64,000 nt of DNA from a bacterium (GTDB lineage Bacteria; Planctomycetota; JADGBV01), in contig JAHFOS010000002.1 of NCBI GenBank assembly GCA_023261545.1, positions 62,590 through 126,589 of the forward strand. The letters are read 5' to 3'. Shown piece after piece: positions 45,956 to 54,864 of this stretch. The notes beneath the pieces are model-generated. The model was not told the origin of the DNA, did not search any database, and saw only the letters and a program-made list of their open reading frames with translations. Position 1 is the stretch's first letter. Each line of letters opens with the position of its first letter. The position numbers were made by a program, and so were the translations under genes.

Positions 45956-46777
45956 GTGTCTAGGAAGTCAAAGGTCAACACCAAAGAATTTAATTTTTTT
46001 TCGGCCAAAGGACTTTTTGTTAAAGAACACGGAGAAATATTGAGGCCGTATGCTAAAATAGTAATTGGTAATTGTAGCAACGAGGCTTCCACCGAGGGTC
46101 TTGTAATTATGAGCGATCCTGGGGGTGCATCAGAAAAGGAGGATGAAAAAGATGATGAGGGTCTAATTAAGGTCGAACCGGACCCGACCATGAAAAGTAT
46201 TTTTGGGCACATTCGTCTGATAAAAATGGAGTGGGACGATGCCACATGGGAAAAAGATTTTAACTTGACCCTTCATATTCTTAATTTGATACCCATTGAT
46301 ACTAAAAATAAATCTGCGTGCAAAACGCTTGCCGATATCGAACAAATGAGGAAAATATTTAAAAAAATACGATTAAATTATGCGAATTATAAATTTTTCT
46401 GGCTTGCATGGGGCTCGAATAAGAAAATAAAAATTAATGATAATTGTGACATAAAGTCTATTGCAGTTACAAAGCCCCCTCGAGATAAAAAAAATTCTAG
46501 TTGCTGTTGTGATGGCGAGGGGAATTTTAATAGTAATCTTTTAGTAATTCATAAAAAATTTGATATTATAAAAGAAAACATTGGGCTTCTAAATTGCTTA
46601 TTGAAGGCTAAAATATATGAAAAAATAGTGGGAGATCCTGGGGAAGATGAATGGGAATCCAGTTGCGCGGATATTGTTAAGAAAACTTGGAGGCACCCAC
46701 TTTCGCGCATGGAGCACACAAATTGGCGTCGAATATTGCACGGCATTTCTCAGGCGTGCTGTCCCCCCGCAAATTAA
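45956..46777 (+). CDS. Hypothetical ORFan protein in a strongly AT-rich (~35% GC) island
   Basis: 273-aa ORF, Lys/Asn/Ile-rich, with no motif recognised. The composition contrasts sharply with neighbours, which suggests horizontal acquisition. Confidence 0.45.
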   Translation: MSRKSKVNTKEFNFFSAKGLFVKEHGEILRPYAKIVIGNCSNEASTEGLVIMSDPGGASEKEDEKDDEGLIKVEPDPTMKSIFGHIRLIKMEWDDATWEKDFNLTLHILNLIPIDTKNKSACKTLADIEQMRKIFKKIRLNYANYKFFWLAWGSNKKIKINDNCDIKSIAVTKPPRDKKNSSCCCDGEGNFNSNLLVIHKKFDIIKENIGLLNCLLKAKIYEKIVGDPGEDEWESSCADIVKKTWRHPLSRMEHTNWRRILHGISQACCPPAN

Positions 46778-46783
46778 TTCTCC

Positions 46784-47113
46784 TCACCTCCCATCCCCAC
46801 TCCCCCCCAAGACCCCGCGGCTCTTCCTTGACCCCAGTTTCGCGAGGTTCCCCGCGGCGACATCCTCCAGGCTGACGCCCAGTTCGCTGGCCATGTTGGA
46901 AAGGTACCAGAGCACGTCGCCCATTTCCTTCATCAGTTCCGGCTTGGCTTCCGCCGTGACCTCCCCTTTGTCGTCGCGCAGGACTTTCTTGATCTTGTCG
47001 GCGACTTCGCCGGTTTCTCCGCACAGCCCTAGGCCGGTGTAGGGGAGGTTCTTGCCCACATCCGGGTAAAACGCGAACTCTCGGGCCTTGTTCTGGTATT
47101 CGGAAAATGTCAT
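46784..47113 (-). CDS. MazG-like nucleoside-triphosphate pyrophosphohydrolase (small all-alpha NTP-PPase)
   Basis: EYQNKAREFAFYP...YTGLGLCGETGEVADKIKK...EMGDVLWYLSNMASELGVSLEDV matches the MazG family EExxE and metal-binding helix pattern. Confidence 0.7.
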   Translation of the reverse strand: MTFSEYQNKAREFAFYPDVGKNLPYTGLGLCGETGEVADKIKKVLRDDKGEVTAEAKPELMKEMGDVLWYLSNMASELGVSLEDVAAGNLAKLGSRKSRGVLGGSGDGR

Positions 47114-47214
47114 GGCGACTCCTTTTTGAATTAGAATGGACAGCGGACAAAACTATTAACGCGGAGACCCAGGACAAAACACGTCCTCGGTCCCATTTTT
47201 TGCAAAATATTTTT

Positions 47215-47350
47215 GTAAGCGTTCAACCCATGAATCGCATCCGCGCATTGTGGCGCCAACCCAGGCCCGTTCGTGCTGAGCCTGTCGAAGCATGAACGGG
47301 CCGCGACCCCACCGCCGTCCACCCTTCGACAGGCTCAGGGCGAACGGCGG
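47215..47350. repeat. REP-like double-hairpin repeat element, copy C
   Basis: GTAAGCGTTCAACCCATGAATCGC...AGGCCCGTTCGTGCTGAGCCTGTCGAAGCATGAACGGGCCGCG...CCGCCGTCCACCCTTCGACAGGCTCAGGGCGAACGGCGG. Confidence 0.55.
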
Positions 47351-47538
47351 GTAGTTCTTTATCATGGCTGAACGCTTACATATTTTTCAAGCGACTATGA
47401 TTCAACTGGTTACGGCGAAAAATAATTCGCTTCAAAACACAACTCTTTTGCCACCCAACCGAGGCTTTCTTGAGCAGCAGGCGCCGGTCCAGGGATGTGG
47501 CGGAACAAAAAGCTGTCCCGCTTATGCTTTTTACACTT

Positions 47539-48825
47539 TCAGAGGCTCCACAGCAGTTTGAGCGGCGCGGCCAGGAGTTGCGGATGCGCCAGGGGCAATG
47601 TGCTGGATCCGGTGTGCAGCACAAGGCCGCCTTGGAAGTCGCGCCCTGCCCGTTCGGCCAAGCGCCGCAAGCCCTGCCCATCGCCGGGACTCACGGTGGC
47701 GGAGGCCTTGACCTCCACGCCCCACACCCTGGCGCCTTGAGTCATCACCACGTCCACTTCGACCTGATCCTTGTCGCGGTAATGCCAGAATCGTAGGTCG
47801 GGATCCGTCCATCCCGCCTGAGCGATCAATTGCTGCACGACGAAAGATTCCAGCAGGTGTCCGAAGCGCGGCCGCTGGGTGAGCCAATCTGCGACCTTGA
47901 GCCCCGCCAGCGTGGCGGAAAGGCCGCTGTCCACCAGATGGACCTTCGGTGTTTTGATGAGGCGCCTGGAAGGATTGCGATGCCATGCGGGCAGGCGACG
48001 GATCAAGAACAGGCGCTCCAGCACCGCCAGATAGTGATCCACGGTGTCGCGATAGAGCTGCAGGTCACCGCCTAGACCGCTGGTGTTGAGCAATTCTCCG
48101 GTGCGCAGGGCCAGCAATTCCAGCAAGCGGTTCAGGTCGTCTTCATGGCGGATCCTGGCGATGTCCCGTACATCCCTTTGCAGCAGTGCGCGCAGGTACT
48201 GCCGGTGCCATTGCCGGGCACGGACCGGATCGCGCGCCACGGGTTCTGGGTAGCCACCCGCTGCGATGCGCGCGGGCAGATCTTCCGTGGGCTCCAAATC
48301 TGGAACTATGTTGGGTTTGAGTCGGCCCGCCAGGAAATCGGCCAGGAAGGCGCCGGGACGGCGCTGCTTCTCGGCTTCGGTCAAAGGGTACAGGGTCACC
48401 ACCTCCATGCGCCCGACCAGGGGCTCATGAACTTGCGGGAGCAACAGCAGGTTCGCCGAACCGGTCAGCAGGAAACGTCCGGGGCGGCGATCCCGATCCA
48501 CGGCCATCTTGATGGCCGGCAGCACATCCGGCGCGCGCTGCACTTCATCCAGCGTCACGAAATCCGGCAGACCGGCGACGAAGCCCGCTGGATCGCCACG
48601 GGCTGTCTGGCAGAGGCTGGCGTCGTCAAAGCTCACATACGCCCGTCCGGGCGCTAAAGACTTGGCCAGAGTTGTTTTACCCGCCTGCCGGGGACCGATC
48701 AAACAGACCGCGGGCGTGTCCGCCAGCGCCGCGCGCAAGGTCGGCTCGATGTGCCGGGGATAGGTGCCAACGTCGGCGTCCATTTGCTGTATATAATAGC
48801 GTCCACTTGTTGGTTTCAAGGCCAT
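47539..48825 (-). CDS. AAA_14 / DUF4143-family ATPase (paralog 3)
   Basis: Walker A CLIGPRQAGKTTLAKSL, Walker B FVTLDEVQR, and the C-terminal DUF4143-like region. Confidence 0.8.
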   Translation of the reverse strand: MALKPTSGRYYIQQMDADVGTYPRHIEPTLRAALADTPAVCLIGPRQAGKTTLAKSLAPGRAYVSFDDASLCQTARGDPAGFVAGLPDFVTLDEVQRAPDVLPAIKMAVDRDRRPGRFLLTGSANLLLLPQVHEPLVGRMEVVTLYPLTEAEKQRRPGAFLADFLAGRLKPNIVPDLEPTEDLPARIAAGGYPEPVARDPVRARQWHRQYLRALLQRDVRDIARIRHEDDLNRLLELLALRTGELLNTSGLGGDLQLYRDTVDHYLAVLERLFLIRRLPAWHRNPSRRLIKTPKVHLVDSGLSATLAGLKVADWLTQRPRFGHLLESFVVQQLIAQAGWTDPDLRFWHYRDKDQVEVDVVMTQGARVWGVEVKASATVSPGDGQGLRRLAERAGRDFQGGLVLHTGSSTLPLAHPQLLAAPLKLLWSL

Positions 48826-49124
48826 CCATTTGCTGGATTTGTGTCCGATCAGCCACCTGCTGTCAAGTAGCGCGCGCCTTGATTTTCAGTTCACGCTGGG
48901 TGAGGACGGAAGCACGGAGTACCCCATGAAAACCTTGAATTTCCTGCTCGCCTCCCTGGGGCGAAACTTCAGAGTTGTTGGTGGCCCTGCAGTTCTTCTT
49001 GAAGGTATTCATCAGCAACACGGAGAAGCCGATGATAGCGCCTTTCGATCCAAGGTCGGCCAGTATGCTCCAAGACATGGAAGCGCCAACGGACAACCCC
49101 TCCGCCGGCTTCGAGACGATCAGC

Positions 49125-49424
49125 ATGCGCGCCGCCGTGGTGGCCGGCAGGATCGCATGGCAACGTCATGCGTTGCAACGCATGGTCGAGCGGGAAATCC
49201 AAAGAAGCTCCGTGAAGTCGGTCCTGCTCTCGGGAGATCTCATCGAGGATTATCCCGGTGCTCGCCCGTTCTCCTCGGCCTTGTTCCTTGGATGGGAAGG
49301 CCATCGGCCACTGCATGTGGTCGTCGCCTTCGATGGTATTTCACGCCAGACCTTTATCATTACGGTTTACGAGCCGACGCTGGCTCGCTTTGAACCTGGT
49401 TTTCGCAAAAGGAGAAGAACGTGA
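49125..49424 (+). CDS. DUF4258-family protein (toxin-like partner of the YgiT-type zinc-finger protein)
   Basis: IAWQRHALQRMVEREI...VLLSGDLIEDYP...LHVVVAFDGISRQTFIITVYEP matches the DUF4258 pattern. ATG at 49125 chosen; the track ORF starts at 48975. Confidence 0.55.
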   Translation: MRAAVVAGRIAWQRHALQRMVEREIQRSSVKSVLLSGDLIEDYPGARPFSSALFLGWEGHRPLHVVVAFDGISRQTFIITVYEPTLARFEPGFRKRRRT

Positions 49425-49657
49425 ATCGGCTCCCCAAAAAAGGCTGTCCCCTGTGCGGTGGGCCGCGACGGAGGGGCACCACCACCTTCACCTGCGATCT
49501 CGGATTTGGTGTTGTGGTCGTCCGCAAGGTTCCCGCCTCCGTTTGCGTCCAGTGCGGAGCGGATTGGATCCCCGACAAAATGGCCGAGCGGATCGAAGTG
49601 CTGGTCGGTGAAGCTCGGAACAAGCGCAGCCAAGTGGAGGTGATGGCGCTTTCTTGA
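49421..49657 (+). CDS. YgiT-type zinc-finger protein (MqsA N-terminal-like), putative antitoxin
   Basis: CPLCGG...TTFTCDLGFGVVVVRKVPASVCVQCGADW has a CxxC...CxxC ribbon with the VxxVPAxVCxxCGE pattern. 4-nt overlap with the upstream gene. Confidence 0.6.
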   Translation: MNRLPKKGCPLCGGPRRRGTTTFTCDLGFGVVVVRKVPASVCVQCGADWIPDKMAERIEVLVGEARNKRSQVEVMALS

Positions 49658-49724
49658 TAACTTGAGACGCGGAGACTGCGAGCCACCACCTTAGCCGCGA
49701 TCCCACTCCGGCGCATTCCTCTTC

Positions 49725-50066
49725 TCAAGGTCGTCTTTTCACCGCTCCGTGCAGATAGTGATCGTGATTGCGCGCGAGGTCCCGAGGCAAGCCTTCAACC
49801 GTACCCGCCAACTCCAGGAGAGCCTCCCATAGCTGGTCGGCCGCCCGACCCGACCCCTTCGGAAGTGAGGAAGCGCGGCCTTTGTCCAAGGGCGATACAT
49901 CCACAGCCAGCCCTTCGGGGAAAAAGGACTTGTTCCTGAGCACAATAACGCCGCTTTTTACTACCCTGCGCGCCGCCGGTTGGCGGGGCCCGGCCCGTCT
50001 CGGTTTCGATGACGCGGAGCGCTTGGAGGTTTTTGGGGTCGCCATGCCCCCATGATAACCCATCAA
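49725..50066 (-). CDS. Hypothetical small protein (113 aa)
   Basis: ORF only. Basic N-terminus; the C-terminus LPRDLARNHDHYLHG is reminiscent of antitoxin tails. Weak evidence. Confidence 0.3.
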   Translation of the reverse strand: MMGYHGGMATPKTSKRSASSKPRRAGPRQPAARRVVKSGVIVLRNKSFFPEGLAVDVSPLDKGRASSLPKGSGRAADQLWEALLELAGTVEGLPRDLARNHDHYLHGAVKRRP

Positions 50067-50187
50067 TAGCGATTTGAAGGGCAGGCGGACATTCCGGCAG
50101 GTGAGGCAAAAGCACTGTCCCTCTTACGCTGGCAGCCCCAGGACCGGGTGACGAGGAAGCAGAAACCTCCGGGAAGGCGGGGCATCC

Positions 50188-50427
50188 TCATATTACATTG
50201 AGCACGGGATGGACCCTATCCCAGTGCCTGCGCAGATAGCCTTCCATGCAGTTCCAGGGCCTCGGTGCATTTCGGGCGGGATCGGGCAACCGGAGCGCCA
50301 GTCTCGACATGGAGTGCAGGATCACATGGCGCAGGCAGGAGGAACGCTCTTGGAAAATCCGGTCCATTTCCATCGGGAAAGCGCAGAGGCAGTCGGGGAA
50401 GACGGCCTCCGTCCCGGGGAGCGGCAT
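50188..50427 (-). pseudogene. Orphan C-terminal fragment paralogous to the C-terminus of the 43643-45268 protein
   Basis: ...SSCLRHVILHSMSRLALRLPDPARNAPRPWNCMEGYLRRHWDRVHPV aligns with the last ~45 aa of the 541-aa protein. No upstream coding continuation. Confidence 0.4.
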
Positions 50428-50472
50428 CCCGCTTTCCCGGACCCCACCGTACCAGAGGGTGTCTTTTTACGC

Positions 50473-51096
50473 TCAAAGAGCACACCATGCGGCTGATTCT
50501 TGGCGGCTATCCAAAACCATGAGCTGACGGCCTTCCTGGTCCGCAAGAACCCATCGCCGCAGATCGATAGTCAACCCCTCGAAATGGATTTCGAAATTAA
50601 CGCTTTGGATCCCAGTGGCAATGACGATATGCGGCTCCCAATCCTCGTCCAGTTCGAAATTGAAACCGGCCTTCTCGTAAAAGTCCCCTTGCAAATCCTG
50701 GTAAAGTGCGCAGAACTCCTGAGATTCGAGATGCCACATCAGCCGGTCGCCCTCGTGGGATAATTTGTCCACGGAGCAACGCAAAAGGAATCTGGTAGGC
50801 TTGTAGCCTCGCAGGACTTCGCCGGCCCTCGCCGGATCGCCCTGGCCAACGAACCAGCGCTTCACCGGCACATGCCAGTGCTCTGGCCTCACCAAGCGGG
50901 CTTTGGGGTTTTCCTTGAGGATCTCGCCGATGGAGTCCACGACCGCTTGGAGTTCCAGGGAGTGGTTACGTTTCTCGAAGACCGGCGTGGCGGCCAAAAG
51001 CCAGCCTTCGTCGGTGCAGCTTGGGTTGCCGCCAGCAACGCGGATGGAGACGTCGAAGGGGAAAGAGCCGGAACGCCACCTCTCTGAAATCGTCAT
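50473..51096 (-). CDS. Hypothetical protein (207 aa), possibly a degenerate 2H-phosphoesterase (LigT-like) fold
   Basis: Two H-x-[TSPV]-x-like sites: RPEHWHVPV and EPHIVIATG, spaced as in 2H enzymes. Speculative. Last full gene of the ATPase operon. Confidence 0.5.
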   Translation of the reverse strand: MTISERWRSGSFPFDVSIRVAGGNPSCTDEGWLLAATPVFEKRNHSLELQAVVDSIGEILKENPKARLVRPEHWHVPVKRWFVGQGDPARAGEVLRGYKPTRFLLRCSVDKLSHEGDRLMWHLESQEFCALYQDLQGDFYEKAGFNFELDEDWEPHIVIATGIQSVNFEIHFEGLTIDLRRWVLADQEGRQLMVLDSRQESAAWCAL

Positions 51097-51100
51097 CTGA

Positions 51101-52216
51101 TTAAACAGTAAACAAGGGCTTTAAAATTTCATGTACTTTGTTGTAACCATTTGCAATTCGCTCGCTCCAACTTTTACCTTCTATGGGTATCGCGATGCCC
51201 CAATGGCGGTCTCTGGTTACTAGCGGCTTATTTATTTTTAGAGAGAGCGCATAGTTCTCAAGAAATTTTCCACTCTCCTTTTTCTTATCAGCAGTTAACC
51301 ACAATAACTCTGGAGTGGAGTTGGTCTCATCACCAGGAAAAATCCAACAGCCAAACCAAAAATCGCTTCCCTTGTCACGGCTCCCCTTGTCACGCAGCGT
51401 ATAACCGCAAGCTATACTGGAACTATATTTTCCACCCATTCCCTTGGTTGCATTAAACCGTTGTATGAAGCCGGGACCGCATTTCAGTCGCTCAATAATT
51501 TCAAAGACAACCCGATCAATCTCAAACAAGCACATGATAAACTTGCCCCTGTTGTCATCAAATTGTGACGTTGATTGCAAAAAATGCGGATCAATATTTT
51601 TCATGACTTCTAGAACCTCCTTTGAGTAAAATGTGCAATTAGTGCGATCTGGCTCGATCCTCGCATTGTTATTTATCGCATTACTAATTAGCTTCTGGAT
51701 ACGCTGCCAGCTAATTCCGACGAAATTAATGGATGGGTGCGCTTCTCCATTGAGGGGGTACTCATCGTTGTTTTCTTCAGCAAGGTGTATGCGCCATTTT
51801 GGTTTGGGGATGGTTGAAAACTGCGCGATATCGATCTTTGGCTTGAGACTTAATTCGGGAGCAATTACGACAAGAGCATTCTTGTCCCTTTTCGGGACAT
51901 CGAGCTCTCCTAAATATTTCCCCGGCTGATCGTCCGTCCATTTTGCGTCAATCTTAGACTCGATGACGACCACAAAATTCTTGTCAACCCATTTAAGATC
52001 ATATCGCCCATCTCCTTTGTCGGTTCCCTGCTGAGTATCGCAAGAGATGGGAGATTCGTTGCCGATTTCTCCCTTTCCTTCATCTTTCCAGATTAATTGG
52101 GCAAACCCTCTTCGGAATTCAGGACAGTACTCGATGAGAAAGGCGAGCGACTCTGTGACCTGATCTTCCGGTTTTGGTCGGCCCAACAGTCGCAGCAAAA
52201 GATGTCGCCGGCTCAT
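51101..52216 (-). CDS. Hypothetical protein with an N-terminal PD-(D/E)xK nuclease-like motif, encoded by a low-GC gene
   Basis: GDGRYDLKWVDKNFVVVIESKIDAKW follows the D...(E/D)xK pattern. The gene is about 40% GC while the flanking genes are above 60%. 52-bp gap to the upstream ATPase gene. Confidence 0.55.
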   Translation of the reverse strand: MSRRHLLLRLLGRPKPEDQVTESLAFLIEYCPEFRRGFAQLIWKDEGKGEIGNESPISCDTQQGTDKGDGRYDLKWVDKNFVVVIESKIDAKWTDDQPGKYLGELDVPKRDKNALVVIAPELSLKPKIDIAQFSTIPKPKWRIHLAEENNDEYPLNGEAHPSINFVGISWQRIQKLISNAINNNARIEPDRTNCTFYSKEVLEVMKNIDPHFLQSTSQFDDNRGKFIMCLFEIDRVVFEIIERLKCGPGFIQRFNATKGMGGKYSSSIACGYTLRDKGSRDKGSDFWFGCWIFPGDETNSTPELLWLTADKKKESGKFLENYALSLKINKPLVTRDRHWGIAIPIEGKSWSERIANGYNKVHEILKPLFTV

Positions 52217-52268
52217 GTTTGGGCACCTCGATACAGCCCTGAATGAGTGTAGAGATCGTGCGTGGTTG

Positions 52269-54473
52269 TCAAAACCCCACCCTCCTTCCCTCGCCCCGAT
52301 CCGCCGCCTCGCGGCGCAGTTCTTCCAGCAGCGCCGGCGTGGTGTGCTCGACTTGACTCAGGCATAGTTTTTGCTGCACGACCTTGAAATCTCCGAAGGT
52401 GAGACTAGCGGGAAAGGCCTGCCTCAAAGGTAGGCTGTCGGCCAGACCAGCTCCGAAGCACCTAGCAAAAAGCGCCTGCGCCTGATCGGGCCGCAGAGGG
52501 CGAAAATTCAGCTTGAAGGCGAAGCGGCGCAGGCTGGCTTTGTCCAGGTGGCCCGGAAAGTTGGTGGCGAAGAGTGAGATGCCGCTGTGCCGTTCCATCT
52601 GCACCAGCAGCTCGTTCACCTGGGTCACCTCCCAGGAGTGCTGGGCGTGCTCGCGCGCGGCGAGGAAGCTGTCGGCCTCGTCAATCAGCAGCAGGGCGCC
52701 GTCTTCCCGGGCTTCCTCGAAGGCATCCCGGATAAGGCTCTCGGTTTGCCCCACCCACTTGCTGAGGAGGTCCGAGGCTTTCTTGAGCAGCAGGCGCCGG
52801 TCCAGGGATGTGGCGAGATACTTGGCGTATTCGGTCTTGCCCGTTCCCGGCGGCCCCTGGAGCAGGATAGCGATGCCGTGCAACTGGCTGCCGGAACGCC
52901 GCGGTGTGTCGAGGAAGCGGCGCGCGGCGGCGAGCACTCCCGCCGGATCGGGATCGGCGTTCACGAACTCCAGGCCGTAAACTCCCGTGGGTTGCAGCAC
53001 GTTTTCGCCCTGGCTGCCCTCCAGCAGGCGCGCCTGGCGCTGCATCACCTCCTCGGCGATGTGCAGGCTTTCCTGGGGATTGGCGGGATCCGCGCAGGCG
53101 CCTAGGACTCTGAGGACCGAGCGGATGTTCGCCGGGCTCAGGGGAAAGCGGGCGCTGTATTCGCGGATGCGTTCGGGGACGATGACCTCGGAGTAGGGCG
53201 AGTCCGCGAGGGCCTGGCGCCACATTTCCTCCTTGGCCTTGGCGCTGAAGCCACGGAATTCGTGGCTGAAGTCGAAACGCCGCAGGGTGCTCTCCTCGAT
53301 GCCTTGGTGGTGGTTGGTGATCCACACGATGCGCTTGCCGTGGGACTCCAGAAACTGGTTGATCCAGCCCTTCTCCAGGGTCGCGCGGGCGGCGAAGGGG
53401 AAGCTCTCCGTGTTCAAGATGCTGTCGGCCTCATCCACCACCAGCAGGTCGTGGCTCGGGTCCATGAAGGCCGCGGCCATGCGCAGCCGGCCCGCCGTCT
53501 CCTGCGGCTTGGCGTGCTCGCATTTGAGGAGCTGGGCGCGCAGCCCGGCCCGCCGCGCCAGGGAGCGCGTGAAGGTGGTCTTGCCCAGCCCCGTGCCGCC
53601 GTAGAAGATCAGGTTTACGCTCTCGCCGGCCCGCCGCAGCAGGTTCAGACAGATATCCTTCATGCGCGCGGGGAGTTGAAAATGATCCCAATCCAAGGTC
53701 TCTCCCTCCAGCGGCTCGCAGGCTATTTCCTGGGGCGTGCGTTTTACGATACCGTTCAGATAGTTCAAAATGTCAGCGGAAAGACTGAAATTTCCCAGGG
53801 GGTCGCTGCTCGCGAAGAAATTCTCGTCCAGCAGGGCGTAACGGCTGAGGTTCCCCCTGATGGAGAAGGCCTCCTCCACCTCCGCCTTCCGGAGCCCATG
53901 GCCGGCGGCGATGAAGGCAGCCAGAAGCCGCTGGCTATGGCTGTTCATGGATTCCGACAGGAAGGTGCTCAACTTCCGGCTGGACGACGTGAGGTAGGCC
54001 GTGTGCAGCACGGCGGACTCGCTTTGCGACAGCCCGAGGCTGGCCGCCAGGGCCTGCATGCGCTTCTTCCATTCCCGCGCGAAGCCGCGGGAACGGCTGG
54101 GCCGCACCACGTTTCGCAGGAAGGACCCCACGCCCTCCGTGAGCCATTCGCCGTCCTCGCCGCGCCCATACTCCAGGATCAGCGTCGCCGGTTCCTTGAT
54201 TTCATGCAAAATCTCGCTGTGCCATTCCTCCGCCACGTCCGTGGTGGCGTGGCCGGCGTCGCTCATCTCCTGGATGAAGCGTTTGCCGAAGTTCTTGTTG
54301 TCGGCCCTGCCCAGGATCAGGGAGAGGCTCAAGAATGCGCCTTCGAGCCCCGCCCTGCCGGCCAGACGCCGCAGCAGGGGACGGGCGATGTCGAGCAGCT
54401 CCTCCCCGCCCTCGTGCAGGCTTTCCCAGATCCCGGAATCCCCGGCTTTCCAGTATTTTCTCCGGATTGTCAT
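52269..54473 (-). CDS. Double-AAA+ ATPase (734 aa): a degenerate first AAA module and a classical second AAA module
   Basis: D1 has LIFYGGTGLGKTTF and LLVVDEADS. D2 has LLQGPPGTGKTEYAKYLA (Walker A), LLLIDEADSF (Walker B), and ASLRRFAF (sensor 2 / arginine finger region). Confidence 0.8.
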   Translation of the reverse strand: MTIRRKYWKAGDSGIWESLHEGGEELLDIARPLLRRLAGRAGLEGAFLSLSLILGRADNKNFGKRFIQEMSDAGHATTDVAEEWHSEILHEIKEPATLILEYGRGEDGEWLTEGVGSFLRNVVRPSRSRGFAREWKKRMQALAASLGLSQSESAVLHTAYLTSSSRKLSTFLSESMNSHSQRLLAAFIAAGHGLRKAEVEEAFSIRGNLSRYALLDENFFASSDPLGNFSLSADILNYLNGIVKRTPQEIACEPLEGETLDWDHFQLPARMKDICLNLLRRAGESVNLIFYGGTGLGKTTFTRSLARRAGLRAQLLKCEHAKPQETAGRLRMAAAFMDPSHDLLVVDEADSILNTESFPFAARATLEKGWINQFLESHGKRIVWITNHHQGIEESTLRRFDFSHEFRGFSAKAKEEMWRQALADSPYSEVIVPERIREYSARFPLSPANIRSVLRVLGACADPANPQESLHIAEEVMQRQARLLEGSQGENVLQPTGVYGLEFVNADPDPAGVLAAARRFLDTPRRSGSQLHGIAILLQGPPGTGKTEYAKYLATSLDRRLLLKKASDLLSKWVGQTESLIRDAFEEAREDGALLLIDEADSFLAAREHAQHSWEVTQVNELLVQMERHSGISLFATNFPGHLDKASLRRFAFKLNFRPLRPDQAQALFARCFGAGLADSLPLRQAFPASLTFGDFKVVQQKLCLSQVEHTTPALLEELRREAADRGEGRRVGF

Positions 54474-54864
54474 CGCGCGCTCCTATTTCCTGTTTTGAAT
54501 CTGGAGCAATTCTAATCCGGACCGTGGACAAATCGTGTCCTCGATAATCCGGCGGGGCCAGAATCCTGGCGGGCGCGGCGGGAAAATCGAAACCGGGGAA
54601 AACTCGAGGCTCGCGGCCTCGGTTCAACAACAGCGCGCTGGATCTCCGCGATCTTGCGATTCGTCCTGGTCAGCGCCCAGCATTTCTCCCAGGATGTCGT
54701 CATGCGGGCCCAGAGGCCGCAGGATGCGTCCTGCGCTGATCGGCTGGAAGAACTCGGCACGCTCACGGCCCACATGCGCCGGCCTACGATAGATTTTGCC
54801 CTGGGAATCGGCTGGGGGTTTCTGGCTCATGGATCTGGCATTTTCGGGATTGTGCTATTGTCCC

